From the human T2T-CHM13v2.0 reference genome, Homo sapiens: DNA of 64,000 nt. A model generated the notes under the pieces. The model had not been told where the DNA came from. It worked only from the letters and a program-made list of their open reading frames with translations, and searched no databases. The number at the start of each line of letters is the position of its first letter. The stretch's first letter is position 1. The stretch is taken from the NCBI RefSeq assembly GCF_009914755.1, contig NC_060948.1. One strand, given 5' to 3'. Both the position numbers and the translations under genes were made by a program. Shown piece by piece: positions 60,369-64,000 of this stretch.

Positions 60369-62473
60369 AGATCCATATTTTTTAAATGAAAAAAAATTTC
60401 AAAGGTACTCTGCTTGGTACAATAATCAAATGTATAAACTGAGGAATAAAACATAACCATGAAACCTACTTATAACTGCATATGGAAAATACAGAGGATA
60501 ATTTTTTAAATAACATATTTTGAAAGCCTTAACTAGTAATTTGAAGAGTTGGCATTTGAAAGGCCAGTATGAATATACCTTCAAAGCAGCAACACAGGTT
60601 CCCCATGAGAAAAAGCAAACACAGGGAAAATAAAAACACAAAGGTTCAATCTCTTCTGACCTTTGAAAGACACAGCACAGACAGTGGTCCTTAGGACGAA
60701 GAGCAGGAGACCCCTAATTCCGTCACCATGGCGATAGGGCATAAACATTGCTGGGTGAGGGCACAATCCACATTGTGAGGTCCAACTGCTGCCAGGAAGA
60801 CAGGAGTGCTTTTACATAGACCGAAAGGTCATTGAAGGCTCAGAGTTTTGTTTCAAGAACTGAATCCCAAGCCCACACGTTATTAGGCTGCGCTTCTTAA
60901 AACAAGTTATGAGATGGGAAAAAGGGCACCCACAAACATACGTATACATTATGTATATAATAATATACAGTGTCATATATATAATATATATAACCTATGT
61001 ATAATATTGTTTTACATCCTGCATCTTCTGTTATATATATTGTATAAAATATAATAATTGATAATATATAAGTTTTATAATTATACAATATGACATATAC
61101 TATATATTATAATTTATGACATATATAATATATGTTATATATCATATATAGAATATATTATACGGTTAATATACGTATTAAATATAAATTATACATTATA
61201 TATATTATATATAATATATCTGTTATACATAATACCCATTATGCATAATATATATATTATATCTATGTTATATATAGTATAAAACAACATATAATAATAT
61301 ATAATTGTATATATAAAATGCGACATATAATATATATTATATTTTATAACATATGTAATATATATTATATATTATATATAATACGTTGTATGTATAATAC
61401 CTATATTAAATATATATTATATGACTATGTTATTAATTACATGTCACATGTGTTATATATTATATATTTTACATAGAATATACCGGTTACATACAATATA
61501 TACTATGTTACCTATAATGTATAATTTATTACATGTAAAATAAAGAATGCAATATATTATGTAAATTTTATAACATACAATATGTGGAATGTGATATATA
61601 TAACATATAATATATGATATATGATATACAATATATGATATATAACATACAATATATGATTCCTAATACATATGGTATACAATATATGTTTTATGATATG
61701 TATTCTCTATGTTTTATATTCTGTTATATATAACTATTTGAAATTATATATAACTGTATAATATTTTATTTAAATATGTAATATAATATATATAACTATA
61801 TAATATATTATATATAACTATATATTATGTTATATATACTTTTATAACATAATTTACATAAAATATCATAATATAATATATATTATATTATTTCATATTA
61901 CATAATATATATTACATATCACCCAATATAACTAACATACATAATATTATAATATAGATTATATTGTGTTATATTAAATATCATATATATCATGTATCAT
62001 ATATTCTATAATATATATTACACATTATATAATATGTATGTTGTCTATTATGTGATATATATAACTATATATATAATTATATTTTTATACATATAACTAG
62101 ATAAACATATAATTCTACATATTTTCATTTATAATATGTAGAATTATATAATCATATATAATTATTTATATTCTATAAAAAATTTTATCATTATATAAAT
62201 TATAATATATAAAAATTATAATATGTACTACAAATATATATATTATATATCATATATGATATAGTACCTTTGTTATATATCATAATACATATAAATGTGT
62301 ATTATGTTATCTATAATTATATAATTTCATATATAAGATGTATAATATGTATCATATATTATATATGTTATGTAATATATATAGTATATATAAGATGACA
62401 CAGGATAAATATTATATACTATGACATATAAAATATATGAGGTTATATGTTACATATAAGGCATAGCACATAA

Positions 62474-62788
<315 letters not shown>

Positions 62789-64000
62789 AGATCCATATTT
62801 TTTAAATGAAAAAAAATTTCAAAGGTACTCTGCTTGGTACAATAATCAAATGTATAAACTGAGGAATAAAACATAACCATGAAACCTACTTATAACTGCA
62901 TATGGAAAATACAGAGGATAATTTTTTAAATAACATATTTTGAAAGCCTTAACTAGTAATTTGAAGAGTTGGCATTTGTAAGGCCAGTATGAATATACCT
63001 TCAAAGCAGCAACACATGTTCCCCATGAGAAAAAGCAAACTCAGGGAAAATAAAACCACAAAGGTTCAATCTCTTCTGACCTTTGAAAGACACAGCACAG
63101 ACAGTGGTCCTTAGGACGAAGAGCAGATGACCCCTAATTCCGTCACCATGGCGATAGGGCATAAACATTGCTGGGTGAGGGCACAATCCACATTGTGAGG
63201 TCCAACTGCTGCCAGGAAGACAGGAGTGCTTTTACATAGACCGAAAGGTCATTGAAGGCTCAGAGTTTTGTTTCAAGAACTGAATCCCAAGCCCACACGT
63301 TATTAGGCTGCGCTTCTTAAAACAAGTTATGAGATGGGAAAAAGGGCACCCACAAACATACGTATACATTATGTATATAATAATATACAGTATCATATAT
63401 AAAATATGTATAACCTATGTATAATATTGTTTTACATCCTGCATCTTATATTATATGTATTGTATAAAATATAATAATTGATAATATATAAGATTTATAT
63501 TTATACAATATGACATATAGTATATATTATAATTTATGACATATATAATATATGTTACATATCATATATAGAATATATTATACGGTTAATATACGTATTA
63601 AATATAAATTATACATTATATATATTATATAAAATATATCTGTTACATATAATACCCATTATGCATAATACGTATATTATGTCTATGTTATATATAGTAT
63701 AAAACAACATATAATAATATATAATTGTATATATAAAATGCGACATATAATATATATTATATTTTATGACATATGTAATATGTATTATATATTATATATA
63801 ATACGTTGTATGTATAATACCTATATTAAATATATATTATATGACTATGTTATTAATTACATGTCACATATGTTATATATTATATATTTTACATAGAATA
63901 TACCGGTTACATACAATATATACTATGTTACCTATAATGTATAATTGATTACATGTAAAATAAAGAATGCAATATATTATGTATAATTTATAATATACAA

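Overview
The whole 64-kb window is one head-to-tail satellite array of a ~2.42-kb unit. It holds 26 complete units plus 1,105 bp of a 27th, all in the same orientation. Unit starts at the CTGCATATGG anchor are 1, 2421, 4841, 7261, 9664, 12074, 14494, 16907, 19331, 21746, 24165, 26587, 29006, 31428, 33847, 36269, 38688, 41107, 43529, 45951, 48373, 50795, 53215, 55637, 58057, 60476 and 62896. Each unit has three parts: ~570 bp of mixed-composition sequence (HSATI-like), ~1.56 kb of extremely AT-rich degenerate simple sequence, and ~290 bp of a decayed antisense Alu. The unit size, the tripartite structure and a predicted 2,146-bp HaeIII fragment match human DYZ2/HSat1B, which is mostly found in Yq12 heterochromatin. 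I see no credible protein-coding gene and no evidence for a new gene system; all ORFs are repeat artefacts. The interesting signal is the record of array evolution. It includes a 4,841-bp dimeric higher-order repeat, a 2,410-bp recent duplication that created a chimeric unit, other mosaic units, an orphan divergent unit, microhomology and slippage indels, and rising divergence at the right end. All comparisons were made by eye, so variant counts are approximate.
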